From assembly GCA_963772955.1 (NCBI GenBank), contig CAVYZF010000003.1, positions 364,799 to 428,798 on the forward strand: a DNA stretch of 64,000 nucleotides. The letters run 5' to 3'. Source of the DNA: an uncultured Acidobacteriota bacterium (GTDB taxonomy: Bacteria; Acidobacteriota; Vicinamibacteria; Vicinamibacterales; UBA2999). Shown here piece after piece: positions 8,565 through 18,659 of the stretch. A model generated the notes under the pieces. That model saw nothing but the letters and a program-made list of their open reading frames with translations. It searched no databases and was not told the origin of the DNA. The position numbers were made by a program, and so were the translations under genes. Numbering within the stretch: the stretch's first letter is position 1; every line of letters begins with the position of its first letter.

Positions 8565-9061
8565 GGGAAATCCACCGTCAGCCGCGTGCACGTGTACGCG
8601 AGCAGGCGCCCTGCGAAGATGACTGCCACCCAGCACGCGAGCGATACCGCCGCGAGCATCCTCGCCAGCTGGGTCGCGTCGGCACGAGAGCCAGCACGAT
8701 CAACCTCGCGACGAATCCGAAACGCGAGCACCACTCCGAGCCCAATGAGCGCAAGCTTCACGAAAAAGAGCGGATTGGTCAGGGCTTTGGTCGGATACGC
8801 AAGAAGCAGCAACACGCCGGAGAACGCGTTCACCCAGAAGCCAGCCCACATCACCAGGAAGTAGCGACGCAACGCGTCGAGCGGAATGCCCAGGCTGAAG
8901 CCGAGGACGCGAACATCCCACGCGATGTTCGCGCCGACGAAGAACGCGAGGCCCACTGTGTGGAGGATCAGCACAAACGGAAAGGCCCACAGCGAGGGCG
9001 ACTCGCGCAGCCAGACGCTGAGAGGTAGCGCTTCGAGCCAGACGAACAGCGACTCCATCAT
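8558..9061 (-). CDS. 4-TM membrane protein, paralog A (last genes of the metal RND operon)
   Basis: Start MMESLFVWLEALPLSVW at 9061, 5 nt after the cusA-like stop (9066). The sequence suggests four hydrophobic segments. No family name assigned. Confidence 0.6.
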   Translation of the reverse strand: MMESLFVWLEALPLSVWLRESPSLWAFPFVLILHTVGLAFFVGANIAWDVRVLGFSLGIPLDALRRYFLVMWAGFWVNAFSGVLLLLAYPTKALTNPLFFVKLALIGLGVVLAFRIRREVDRAGSRADATQLARMLAAVSLACWVAVIFAGRLLAYTCTRLTVDFPC

Positions 9062-9065
9062 CTCC

Positions 9066-12000
9066 TCACCGGCCGAACCGCAGGTACAACGTGGGCACAA
9101 CGAACATGTTGAGCAGCGTTGACGTCAACAGGCCACACAGAATCACGATGGCCATCGGCGTTTGAATTTCGCTGCCCGACTGTCCTCCTCCGAGAGCCAG
9201 CGGGATCAGTGCCAGGCCGGCCGCCATGGCCGTCATGAGAATTGGCACCAAGCGCTCCAGCGCACCGCGTTCGACTGCCACGCGAAAGTCTGACACACCC
9301 TCCACCTCGCGGAGGTGTCGGACATGGGAAATCAACATGATCCCGTTTCTCGTTGCGATGCCGAACAGCGTGATGAACCCGATTATCGTCGCCACGTTGA
9401 GAACGCCGCCAGCGAGGAACACTCCCGCCACGCCTCCGATTAGTGCCAGTGGCAGGTTGATCATCACAATCAGCGCGTCTCGCGCCCGGCCGAACGCCAG
9501 GACGAGGAGCATGAACAGGCCAGCGATGACGAGTACACCCAGCGCAAGCAGGCGCTGTGTCGCACGTTCTTCGCTCTCGAACTGGCCGCCATATTCAACC
9601 CGATAGCCAGCGGGCATCGGCACCGCCTGAGCGACGGCACCTTGTACGTCACGGACCACGCTACCCAGATCACGGCCGGCAACGTTGCAGGAGATCACAA
9701 TTCGCCGCTGAACGTTCTCTCGCAGCACCATGTTCGGTCCTTCTTCGCGCCGCACGTCCGCCAGGAGTCGAACCGGTACAACCGCGCCGGCTGGCGTGTC
9801 GATTGGCAAATCGGCAACGCGGTCGAAATCGGCGCCAATAGAAGGATCGAGCTTCACGATCAGATCGAACGCCGTACCCCGATCGAAGATCCGGCCGACA
9901 GTGGCGCCAGCAAAGCTGGTCTCGATCGCTTCGGCAACATCGCCAGGCCGCAGTCCATAACGCGCGATCGTCGGCCGGTTCAGGACGAATCGAACGAACG
10001 GCACGTCCATCTGCTGTTCGAGCGAAAGGTCGGCAACACCCGGAACGGCCTGCATCGCATTCCGGACGTTCTCGCCGAGCCGGCGCAACGTACGCAGGTC
10101 GTCACCGAAGACTTTCACCGCGATGTTGGCCCGTGTGCCGGACAACATGTGATCAATGCGGTGCGAGATCGGCTGGCCGATCGTCACGTTCGTACCCGGC
10201 AGCGTCGAGAACTGCCGCCGCAGCTCCGCGAGTAACTCGTCCCGCCGTCGTCCGGTCTCTCTCAAACCCACATCAATTTCTGCAGCCTCGACTCCCTGCA
10301 CGTGCTCGTCATACTCCGCGCGACCCGTTCGCCGCGCCGTGGCCACCACCTCGGGCTGCGCCAGCAGGATGCGCTCGACACGGTTGCCGATCTCGTCCGA
10401 TTTCGCGAGCGAGGTGCCCGGTAGCGTGTTCGCTTGCACCGTGAGGCTGCCTTCGTGGAACTCGGGCAGGAAAGCCGTTCCGGCTCTCGTCAATCCGAAC
10501 GAGGCCACCGCCAGCAACACGACCGCCGCACCAACGACGGGAACCGGGTGGTTGAGGATTGGCGGCAACAGTCGCGCGAACCGCGCTTTGAGCACGCGGG
10601 TCAACCACCCGTCGTGGCCACGCTGAATCGACGCCGACGATGGCAGGAACGCAAAACACAACGCTGGCGTCACGACGATCGCGACGGCCAACGATGCGAG
10701 CAGCGCCACGATATACGCAAACGCAAGCGGCGTGAGCAGGCGTCCTTCGATGCCTTCCAGGCCGAATACAGGCATGAAGACCATCACGATGATGACGGTC
10801 GCGAAGACGATCGACGATCGGATCTCCAACGTCGCCTCGCGCACGATCACGGAAGCTGGCGCTCGCTCCCCTGCCGGCTTTGCGTGGTTCTCGCGCAGTC
10901 GCCTGACGACGTTCTCGACGTCGATGATCGCATCGTCAACGAGTGCGCCAATTGCGATGGCCATGCCGCCAAGCGTCATGGTGTTGATACTCGCGCCGAA
11001 GGCACGCAGCGCAAGAACGGCGGCCGCCAGCGACAGCGGCATGGCCGTCAGCGTGATCGCGCTGGCCCGCATGTTGGCCAGAAAGATCAGAACAACGAAC
11101 ACCACCAGGATGCCGCCATCGCGCAGGGCCCGAATGACGTTATCCACCGCGACTTCGATGAAATCCGATTGCCGGAAGATGCGGCGATCGATGGTCAGAC
11201 CGCGCGGCAGTTCCTGCTGTAGAGCGTCCAGCGCCCGATCGAGTCGTTGCGTTACTTCGATGGTGTTGGCACCCGGCTGCTTCTGCACCCCTACGATGAC
11301 CGCGGGCTTACCACTTCGGGACCCTTCGCCGCGCTTGAACGCTGCGCCCTCGCGAACATCGGCGACGTCGCGGACGAGCACCGAGCGATCGCCGCGCATG
11401 GCCACGACGGTCTCCCCGATCTCCTGGGGAGTACGAACACGTCCGATCGCTTCGAGCACGTACTCCTGAGCACCCTCGGTATAGACGCCGGCGGACGTGT
11501 TCTCGCTGGCGCCGCGAGCCGCATCGAGCAGTTCCGTCAGCGTGACGTTGTTCGCTCTGAGCGCATCCGGATGCGCGACAACCTGGAACTGCCGTTCGGC
11601 GCCTCCGATTGGCGTCACCTGCGACACCCCGGGCACGGCCAACAAGCGGCGACGGACAGTGGTATCTGCAATCGTTCGCAGCGCGAGCGGATCGTCCTGC
11701 TCCGACGAAATCGCGAAGAACAGGATCTCGCCCATGATCGACGACACCGGCGCCAGCACCGGCTGATGCACCTGCGGCGGAAGCGTGCCGCCAACCAGCG
11801 TCAACTTCTCCGAGACGAGCTGACGGGCCATGAAGATGTCGGTGCCCCAGTCGAACTCGACCCATACGACGGCGATGCCAACCGCTGTCGCCGAGCGGAC
11901 GCGTCGCACCCCCGATGCCCCGTTGATGGCGCTCTCGATGGGAAACGTAACGAGGGACTCCATCTCCTCTGGTGCCATGCCGTGCCCCTCGGTGAGGATG

Positions 12001-12140
12001 GTGACGGTGGGCGCCGTGAGATCGGGAAACACGTCGACCGGCATCTGGCGTGCGGTCCACGCCCCGGAGACGAACAAGAGCACCGACAGGCCGATCACGA
12101 TCCAATGGTGGTCGATCGACCACTGCACTATTCGTTTCAT
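9066..12140 (-). CDS. CusA/CzcA-family heavy-metal efflux RND permease
   Basis: 1024 aa. The N-terminus MKRIVQWSIDHHWIVIGLSVLLFVSGAWTARQMPVDVFPDLTAPTVTILTEGHGMAPEEMESLVTFPIE is typical of HME-RND pumps, and the protein shows a 12-TM RND architecture. Confidence 0.93.
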   Translation of the reverse strand: MKRIVQWSIDHHWIVIGLSVLLFVSGAWTARQMPVDVFPDLTAPTVTILTEGHGMAPEEMESLVTFPIESAINGASGVRRVRSATAVGIAVVWVEFDWGTDIFMARQLVSEKLTLVGGTLPPQVHQPVLAPVSSIMGEILFFAISSEQDDPLALRTIADTTVRRRLLAVPGVSQVTPIGGAERQFQVVAHPDALRANNVTLTELLDAARGASENTSAGVYTEGAQEYVLEAIGRVRTPQEIGETVVAMRGDRSVLVRDVADVREGAAFKRGEGSRSGKPAVIVGVQKQPGANTIEVTQRLDRALDALQQELPRGLTIDRRIFRQSDFIEVAVDNVIRALRDGGILVVFVVLIFLANMRASAITLTAMPLSLAAAVLALRAFGASINTMTLGGMAIAIGALVDDAIIDVENVVRRLRENHAKPAGERAPASVIVREATLEIRSSIVFATVIIVMVFMPVFGLEGIEGRLLTPLAFAYIVALLASLAVAIVVTPALCFAFLPSSASIQRGHDGWLTRVLKARFARLLPPILNHPVPVVGAAVVLLAVASFGLTRAGTAFLPEFHEGSLTVQANTLPGTSLAKSDEIGNRVERILLAQPEVVATARRTGRAEYDEHVQGVEAAEIDVGLRETGRRRDELLAELRRQFSTLPGTNVTIGQPISHRIDHMLSGTRANIAVKVFGDDLRTLRRLGENVRNAMQAVPGVADLSLEQQMDVPFVRFVLNRPTIARYGLRPGDVAEAIETSFAGATVGRIFDRGTAFDLIVKLDPSIGADFDRVADLPIDTPAGAVVPVRLLADVRREEGPNMVLRENVQRRIVISCNVAGRDLGSVVRDVQGAVAQAVPMPAGYRVEYGGQFESEERATQRLLALGVLVIAGLFMLLVLAFGRARDALIVMINLPLALIGGVAGVFLAGGVLNVATIIGFITLFGIATRNGIMLISHVRHLREVEGVSDFRVAVERGALERLVPILMTAMAAGLALIPLALGGGQSGSEIQTPMAIVILCGLLTSTLLNMFVVPTLYLRFGR

Positions 12141-12149
12141 GACGGCCCC

Positions 12150-13694
12150 TTAGTGAACGTGCCCTTCGGCCGGCAGGCCTTTGGCGGCCGATGCCAGTTG
12201 GACTTCATACGCGCCGCGCGTGACGACGCGATCGCCGGACGTGACGCCGCTGCGGATGCCGACGAGATCGCCGTCGCGGGAAGCCACTTCAACGTAGCGG
12301 CGCGAAAACGTCTCGCCACCGATCTGCACGAAGACATACGGTCGCCCTGCTTCCATCAGGACCGCGTCGCGAGGAACGACCGACATGTGCTGAGTCCGGC
12401 CGGTGTAGATGACCGCCGTGCCTGTCTGACCGATGAGCAGCCGGCCGCCGCGATTCTCGACTTCGATCTGAACCGGCAGCGCGCGCGTCTTCGGGTCGAT
12501 CACGCCGGCGTCGTGCACGTGGTCCGGCTTCAGCTCGATCGGTTCCGGACGGCCAGGCACCTCAAACGCCAACGCAGCAATCCGCTCGGACAGCGGCGCT
12601 TCGCTCGGCGGAATCTGCGCCTGTAACTCGACCCGATCGGTACGCACGATGCGGAAGAGTGGTGCGCCCTCGTCGAACGACGCGCCGAGCGCGGCGTAGA
12701 CCTCGGCAACTCGACCGGCGATCGGAGCGCGCAGCACGAACGCGTTCCCGGAGGCGACGCTGCCACCGCTGCGCAACACCTCGTCACGTTGCGCAAGTCG
12801 CGCCTGCGCCGCTGTCATCCTCGTCTCGGCGATGGAAGTCGCTCGGCGGGCATCCTCGACGCGGCGCGCCGGCACGGCCCGTTCCTGGAACAGACGCTCG
12901 GCGCGTGCCTGATCGGCCGTGGCTGCATCGAGCGCTACCTGCGCCTCCGCCACGTTGGCAGCAAGCGAGGCGCGATCCTCGCCTCCTTCGGCCAGCCGCG
13001 GCTCGAGTTGCCCGAGCACGTCGCCGGCAGAGACGCGATCGCCAACGGACGGAAATGTCTTCGACGCGTAGAGTCCGTCGGCGGGTGCGGCCACAATCGC
13101 TTCGCCGCCGGTCAGCGGCTCGATTGCCGCCGGGACTCGCAAAGCGGACCGAACATTTCCTTCGCGAACCAGAGCGGTCTGGAAAGGATTGGTCCACTGC
13201 TGCTCTTTCAGGTACGCGATCGCTGCCGCATCCTTGTCAGGCTGCTTCTCGGCATCGGCGTTGCCAGCCGTGTCGTCACCGAACACGGTCGTGACTCCGA
13301 GATCGTGACGATCAGACAAACCCGGTGCGTTGACGAGCAGCGCCCACCGGTAACGTCCAGCCGGGGGAATCTTTCCTTCGACCCGGAACGCACCCGGCCT
13401 CAGCGGCTCGGATCCCGGTAGGGTCGTTGGCGATCCACCGGACTCTGGCGTCATCTCAATGGATGGCCGGCCGGCGTTCAACGCGCTGAAGTCGGCGAGC
13501 TTCGTGAGATGCACAGCGAAGCGCACAGTCTTACCCGCCACGAGCGGCGGATGCTCCATGAACAGTTCGCTCGTGTCGGTCCAGCTCGTGACGTCGAGCG
13601 TGGGGGTTTCGTCAGCACTGGCTGGTGCCTCGCGTGCGCGAGTGCACCCGGCCGCGACGGTTCCGATCACAATCACGCTGAGCAGGTATCGCAT
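12150..13694 (-). CDS. Efflux RND periplasmic adaptor (CusB/CzcB-like) with N-terminal Ig-like extension
   Basis: Start at MRYLLSVIVIGTVAAGC (lipoprotein-like), overlapping the tolC-like stop by 1 nt (TGATG). It has the coiled-coil, lipoyl and beta-barrel pattern of an MFP. An extra ~150 aa at the N-terminus resembles the Ig-like domains of the 4446..5486 product. Confidence 0.88.
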   Translation of the reverse strand: MRYLLSVIVIGTVAAGCTRAREAPASADETPTLDVTSWTDTSELFMEHPPLVAGKTVRFAVHLTKLADFSALNAGRPSIEMTPESGGSPTTLPGSEPLRPGAFRVEGKIPPAGRYRWALLVNAPGLSDRHDLGVTTVFGDDTAGNADAEKQPDKDAAAIAYLKEQQWTNPFQTALVREGNVRSALRVPAAIEPLTGGEAIVAAPADGLYASKTFPSVGDRVSAGDVLGQLEPRLAEGGEDRASLAANVAEAQVALDAATADQARAERLFQERAVPARRVEDARRATSIAETRMTAAQARLAQRDEVLRSGGSVASGNAFVLRAPIAGRVAEVYAALGASFDEGAPLFRIVRTDRVELQAQIPPSEAPLSERIAALAFEVPGRPEPIELKPDHVHDAGVIDPKTRALPVQIEVENRGGRLLIGQTGTAVIYTGRTQHMSVVPRDAVLMEAGRPYVFVQIGGETFSRRYVEVASRDGDLVGIRSGVTSGDRVVTRGAYEVQLASAAKGLPAEGHVH

Positions 13695-14917
13695 CACTGG
13701 ATCTCCCAACCGCTGACAAACTCCAATTCGATTTCGGCGCGCCGAACTGCGGCGTCGAGCACCGCCTGGCGAATACGTGCCACGGCGCCGCTGCGATAGG
13801 CATCGAGCAGTTCGAGGATGCCGCGCTCGCCCGCGTCGTAGCTCACGTGCGCGATGCGCTCGAGCTCGGCTGCGCTCGTGGTGGACGTCGCGCGATACCG
13901 CTGTGCGGCCTCGCGCCGTTCTTCGACCAGCATGCGCAAGGCGACGATTTGTGCGGATACGGAAGTGCGAAAGACAGCCGCACGCGCCTCGGCCTGCGCG
14001 AGATGCGCCTGCGCGATCGCACGCTCCGGCCGGGCATGGTCGAACAGCGGGATCGTCGCGTGAACGCTGAGGACACTGCCGACGTCGCCGCCCCCGACGT
14101 TCGACGACTTCCTGCCGGCGACAATCTCCGGCTCCGGGACCAGGCGCCGTGCCGCTGCGCGATCGGCAAAACGCGCAGACTCGATTTCCTGTTGCAAGGC
14201 TGCTCCCTCGCCGCGTGTCATCTCGGCGCGCGCCGTCAACGTGTCAATCGTGGGCAGCGGTGCTCGACTGGTTGTCGCCGGGACGACTGCGACAATGGCG
14301 GTGACGTCGCCGGGAGCCACGAAGAACGCGGCAAGCGCGGCCTGCGCACGGGCACGATCGCCGCGAGCCGCCACCCAGTCTGCGTCGATGTCCATGACCT
14401 CGCGCTCGGCGCGGAGGCGGTCATAACCTGCAGCGTCGCCGGCTGTTTCGCGTCGCGCCAACACCTCAGCCAGCGTTCGCAGCTGGTCGCGAGCCCGCGC
14501 CAACTCCGTCTCACGCACCTGCGCCGAGACGAGGTCCGCGTAAGCCGTGCGAAGTTCGGCGTGTGCTCGACGGATCTCCTCGTCGGCTCTGCGCTCGCTC
14601 GCCTCGATGAGTGCTGACGCGGCATCCACTTCGAGTCCGCGGCGGCCGGTAATCGGCAATGGCTGCGTGACGGTCACCATGTTCTCGGTGATGCCCGCGA
14701 CGGACTCGCGATTGAAGGTCGCGCGCGGATTGGGCCAACGGCCTGCACTGAGGACGTCAGCCCGGGCAACATCGACTGACGACCGAATGGCACGAACGCG
14801 AGGACTGTCAGGTGAAAGCCGCGCCAGCGCGTCACTTTCAGAGAGAACGATTTGGGCGGTGGCGGGCGCGCCGAACGACAGCAGCACCGCAGCCACGCAC
14901 CACGTACGTGTCCGCAT
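13694..14917 (-). CDS. TolC-family outer-membrane efflux protein (CusC/CzcC-like)
   Basis: Signal peptide MRTRTWCVAAVLLSFGAPATAQ. Two Ala/Arg/Glu-rich coiled-coil repeats typical of OMF proteins. First structural gene of the CBA order. Confidence 0.85.
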   Translation of the reverse strand: MRTRTWCVAAVLLSFGAPATAQIVLSESDALARLSPDSPRVRAIRSSVDVARADVLSAGRWPNPRATFNRESVAGITENMVTVTQPLPITGRRGLEVDAASALIEASERRADEEIRRAHAELRTAYADLVSAQVRETELARARDQLRTLAEVLARRETAGDAAGYDRLRAEREVMDIDADWVAARGDRARAQAALAAFFVAPGDVTAIVAVVPATTSRAPLPTIDTLTARAEMTRGEGAALQQEIESARFADRAAARRLVPEPEIVAGRKSSNVGGGDVGSVLSVHATIPLFDHARPERAIAQAHLAQAEARAAVFRTSVSAQIVALRMLVEERREAAQRYRATSTTSAAELERIAHVSYDAGERGILELLDAYRSGAVARIRQAVLDAAVRRAEIELEFVSGWEIQ

Positions 14918-14965
14918 ACGACCCCTTCAGGACAGAGAAATATCGAGACGGCCGACTGGCCGCGA

Positions 14966-15370
14966 CTAGAGGCGGGACACTGCGGGAGGCGCGCGGAGCG
15001 AGGTTGGAGCCCGGGGCGGTGCGTGGATCAGCCGTTCAACGTAGTCCCTCGACCGGTTCAGTGTTTCCGTTGCCGGGGGCTCGATCGTTGCCAGCACGAT
15101 GCTGGGCGGCGCCCCGACGACGTGTGACGCTGACGGAACGACGTAGACCGGCTCGAACGTCAGGACCGGCGCGTCTTCGTGATCGAGAATCTGCTCGTGG
15201 CGTGAGACGTGCTGGGGAAGGGTGTGCGCGCCAAGATGCCGATGGACGAGGAGCGTTTCGTGCCCATGCTCCTCTTCTTCGTGAACGTGTTCCGGCGGAG
15301 CGACGGGAATCCATCCCACAGCTGCCACGAGGACGAGTCCGACCAGCCGGCTCCTGAACACTTGCGCCAT
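14966..15370 (-). CDS. His-rich small exported protein, first gene of the metal RND operon
   Basis: 134 aa with an N-terminal hydrophobic segment. There are 12 His in total, 10 of them within residues 27-64 (PPEHVHEEEEHGHETLLVHRHLGAHTLPQHVSRHEQILDHED). Coding-like G/C third positions. No family assigned. Confidence 0.55.
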   Translation of the reverse strand: MAQVFRSRLVGLVLVAAVGWIPVAPPEHVHEEEEHGHETLLVHRHLGAHTLPQHVSRHEQILDHEDAPVLTFEPVYVVPSASHVVGAPPSIVLATIEPPATETLNRSRDYVERLIHAPPRAPTSLRAPPAVSRL

Positions 15371-15408
15371 CGTATGCGAGGCCTGCCCAACTCACAACTG
15401 AAGACTGT

Positions 15409-15494
15409 CTGAACTGTCGTTCAGAATCGATGTCGATAGCCATCGACTCATGTTGACATTCTAGATGAGTCGCGACATGCTCCTTTAGAATGTC
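15409..15494. promoter_or_regulatory. Nested inverted repeats in the divergent padR / metal-operon control region
   Basis: CTGAAC-tgtc-GTTCAG (15409-15424). GTCGAT-agcc-ATCGAC (15432-15447). GACTCAT...ATGAGTC (15445-15471). GACATTCTAg...tTAGAATGTC (15455-15464 / 15485-15494), which overlaps the padR ATG. A TTGACA hexamer lies at 15453-15458. Confidence 0.4.
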
Positions 15495-15828
15495 TAGAGA
15501 AGTACTGCAGGGCACCCTCGATCTCATGGTGTTGCGGACGCTCGCCGCGATGGGACCGCAACACGGACTCGGACTCGCCAGGCGGATCCTCCAGGTCTCG
15601 GAAGGCCTTCTCGATTTGAATCAGGGCACGCTGTACCCCGCGCTCCTCCGGCTCGAGCACCGACGATGGATCAAGTCTCGCTGGGGCGTCTCAGACAACA
15701 ACCGGAAGGCGAAGTTCTACGAGCTGACGGCACGCGGCCGACGACAGATTCGCGAGGAAACCGCGAGCTGGGAACTGACGGTGGCCTTGATGGCGAAGTT
15801 CCTTGCCGACCCGGCGGGCGAGCGATGA
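15490..15828 (+). CDS. PadR-family transcriptional regulator
   Basis: MSREVLQGTLDLMVLRTLAAMGPQHGLGLARRILQVSEGLLDLNQGTLYPALLRLEHRRWIKSRWGVSDNNRKAKFYELTARGR is the canonical PadR winged-helix sequence. Its stop overlaps the downstream ATG (ATGA). Confidence 0.92.
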   Translation: MSREVLQGTLDLMVLRTLAAMGPQHGLGLARRILQVSEGLLDLNQGTLYPALLRLEHRRWIKSRWGVSDNNRKAKFYELTARGRRQIREETASWELTVALMAKFLADPAGER

Positions 15829-18328
15829 TCTGGGGCCGCATCATCGACGTGCTCCGTCGCCGGCGGCTCGACGCCGACCTGGACGCTCAGCTCGCGCCTA
15901 CCATCTCGACGGGCTCGAGGCGGTCGCGCGCACGGCATGGGGCCCGACGAGGCCCATGCGGCGGCTCGCCGCGCGATGGGTGGACTGACACAAGTCCAGG
16001 ACGCGTATCGCGAGCAACTCACGATTCCTGTCATTGAGGAGCTCTGGCAGGACGTTCGCTACGGCTGCCGTGTCATGCGCCGCAATCCCACGTTCACCGT
16101 GGGTCAACACCATTTCGACGGTGACTGGCGTGGGCGACCCAGAACAGGTCCGCGTGATCGGCATCAGCGACGGCCTCCTGCCAGCGCTCAATGTTCCACC
16201 CGCAGCCGGCCGCTGGCTCCTCGCCGCCGACCAGGTCGGCGCCACGCGGCCTCCGCCAAGCGTCTTCCAGGTGTGGACCCGCGTGATGCTCACCTACGGG
16301 TACTGGCAACGGCGCTTCGGAGGGGACCCATCCGTGATCGGACGCGCGATCATCATGGACTCACGCCCGAGGGAGATCGTCGGCGTGATGCCGCCGGGGT
16401 TCAGGATCGTCAATGACGAAGCGGACATCATCTTTCCGCTGGCATTCGATCGAGGACGATTCACGCTCGCCGGTTTCAACTATCGAGGCGTGGCCCGGCT
16501 CAAGCCGGGAGTCACGATCGAGCAAGCCAACGCCGACGTAGCGCGCATGATTCCGATCTGGATGAACTCCTGGTCGGATGGACCGGGCACAGATGCACGA
16601 GCCTACGAGACCTGGAGAATGACGCCCGACCTCCGTCCCCTGAAACAGGAAGTGGTCGGCAGCGTGACCGACGTGCTGTGGGTGGTGATGGCCACGATCG
16701 GCCTGGTGATGCTCATCGCCTGCGCAAACGTGGCGAATCTGCTGCTCGTTCGGGCGGAGGTGCGGCAAAAGGAGTTGGGTCTGCGCGCGGCGCTTGGCGC
16801 GGGCCGCGGACGGATCATCCGGAGTCTGCTGGTCGAAAGCCTGCTGCTGGGTGTTATCGGCGGCGCGCTCGGAGTGGGACTCGCGTACGCCGGCTTGCGA
16901 TTGTTGCTGGTCATTGGCCCGTCGAATCTTCCACGACTGAGCGAAATCTCACTCGATTCGCGAACGTTGGCTTTCAGTGCCGTGCTCTCGCTCGTGTCGA
17001 GTGTGTTGTTTGGACTCCTCCCGGCGCTGAAATACACGAGGCCGCGGATGTCGGCTGCGCTGGGCAGCGTCGGCCGAACAGCGAGCGTGAGCCGAGAGCG
17101 CCACCGCGTCCGCAGCGCGCTGGTTGTGGTGCAGGTGGCGATCGCGCTCGTACTCCTGGTGAGCGCTGGATTGATGATTCGCACATTCGAGTCCTTGCGG
17201 ACCGTCGCGCCGGGGTTCACAGAGCCCGAGCGTCTCCACATCATGCGATTCTTTTTCGCTGCGTCGGCCGGTACGGACCCGAGAGGAGTGACGCGGGTAC
17301 AGAACGACCTTCAGGACAAGCTGTCGTCGATTCCGGGTGTGACCTCGGCAGCGTTCGGGAACGCGATGCCGATGGAAGGGTTCGGTCCGAACCTGGGCGT
17401 CATAAACTTCGGCGCCATCCGCACAGAGGATCGGACCGATGAAGAGTCTGAAAGCCCACCGGTGCGCGTATTCAAGTACGCCTCGCCCGGCTTCTTTCGC
17501 ACTGCGGGCACCCGAGTGATCGCCGGCCGCGAGATCACGTGGACAGAGGTCTACGATCTGCGACCCGTCGCCCTGGTTTCCGAGAATCTCGCCCGTGAAC
17601 TCTGGGGCACACCACCAGCTGCCGTTGGCAAACACCTCCGCCAGCGTCCCGACATGCCCTGGCATGAAGTGATCGGTGTCGTGGAGGATGTCCGTGAAAA
17701 CGGTCTCAACCAGCACGCCCCTGCCATCGTCTACTGGCCAACGATGTCTGCGTATTTGAATGTCGCTGGAGGACAGCCGAATGCCATCCGCGGGGTGTCC
17801 TTCATCGTCCGCAGCGATCGCACCAGCACTGAAGGGTTTCTCAGCCAAGTCCGGCAAGCGGTGTGGTCAGTGGACCCCACGCTGCCCGTGTCGCTGCGGA
17901 CCATGCGCGACGTCTACGATCAGTCGCTCGCCCGGACGTCCTTTACGCTGGTCATGCTGGCAATCGCCGCGGCGATGGCTCTGCTCCTGGGCATCGTCGG
18001 CATCTACGGCGTGATCTCGTACGTCGTCTCGCAGCGCAGGCGCGAGATTGGCATTCGCGCGGCGCTCGGCGCACAGCGGGGAGAATTGAAACGAATGTTT
18101 GTGCGCCATGGACTGGCGCTGGCTGGTGTGGGTGTCATGGTGGGACTGGCGGCCGCAGCAGGCCTCACGCGCCTGATGTCGACGTTGCTGTACGGCATCA
18201 CGCCACTCGATCCGATGACGTATGCGGTAGTGCCTGTCATCTTAGTGATCGTCACGGTACTCGCGAGTTATCTGCCGGCTCGACGGGCTGTGTCCGTCGA
18301 TCCCGTAGAAGTTCTCGGGTCAGAGTAG
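15825..18328 (+). pseudogene. ADOP-family (MacB-like, duplicated FtsX) permease, disrupted
   Basis: The N-terminus is spread over three frames: MIWGRIIDVLRRRRLDADLDAQL, then AYHLDGLEAVARTAW, then GPDEAHAAARRAMGGLTQVQDAYREQLTIPVIEELWQDVRYGCRVMRRNPTFTV. The segment expected after PGFT (TM1 plus the start of the periplasmic domain, ~70-80 aa) is absent before ...VTGVGDPEQVRV. The remaining 764 aa (16034..18328) is intact MacB/FtsX-like. Confidence 0.75.
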
Positions 18329-18331
18329 CGA

Positions 18332-18609
18332 TCAGCTCCCTGTGGACTGATAGTGCCGCACCCCGAGCTTCCACATCTGGAAGCACACCAACATGAAGAT
18401 CGGACCCACTTTCACGGTCGATTTCCCTGCGCCGTTGGGGCCGATGTAGCCGATCAGCTCTCCAGCGTCGAGAGTAAGAGACACGCCATCGAGTGCACGC
18501 ACGGTCCGATACTCTCGGTGACGACGCCGCGAATGGCGTCCCACAGTCCCGCCGCGCGTTCAGCGACTCGGAACGTCTTCACCAGGTTCTCAACGATGAT
18601 GTGGTGCAT
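18332..18609 (-). pseudogene. Remnant: ABC ATPase N-terminus fused to an ABC-2 permease C-terminus
   Basis: MHHIIVENLVKTFRVAERAAGLWDAIRGVVT, then a frameshift, then REYRTVRALDGVSLTLDAGELIGYIGPNGAGKST (Walker A). This jumps directly to ...IFMLVCFQMWKLGVRHYQSTGS*, which resembles a permease C-terminal end. Everything in between is missing. Confidence 0.55.
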
Positions 18610-18659
18610 GACAGTGATCGGGCGACCGCGGGCCGTAGCCGCCGCAGCGAGCCTCGCCG

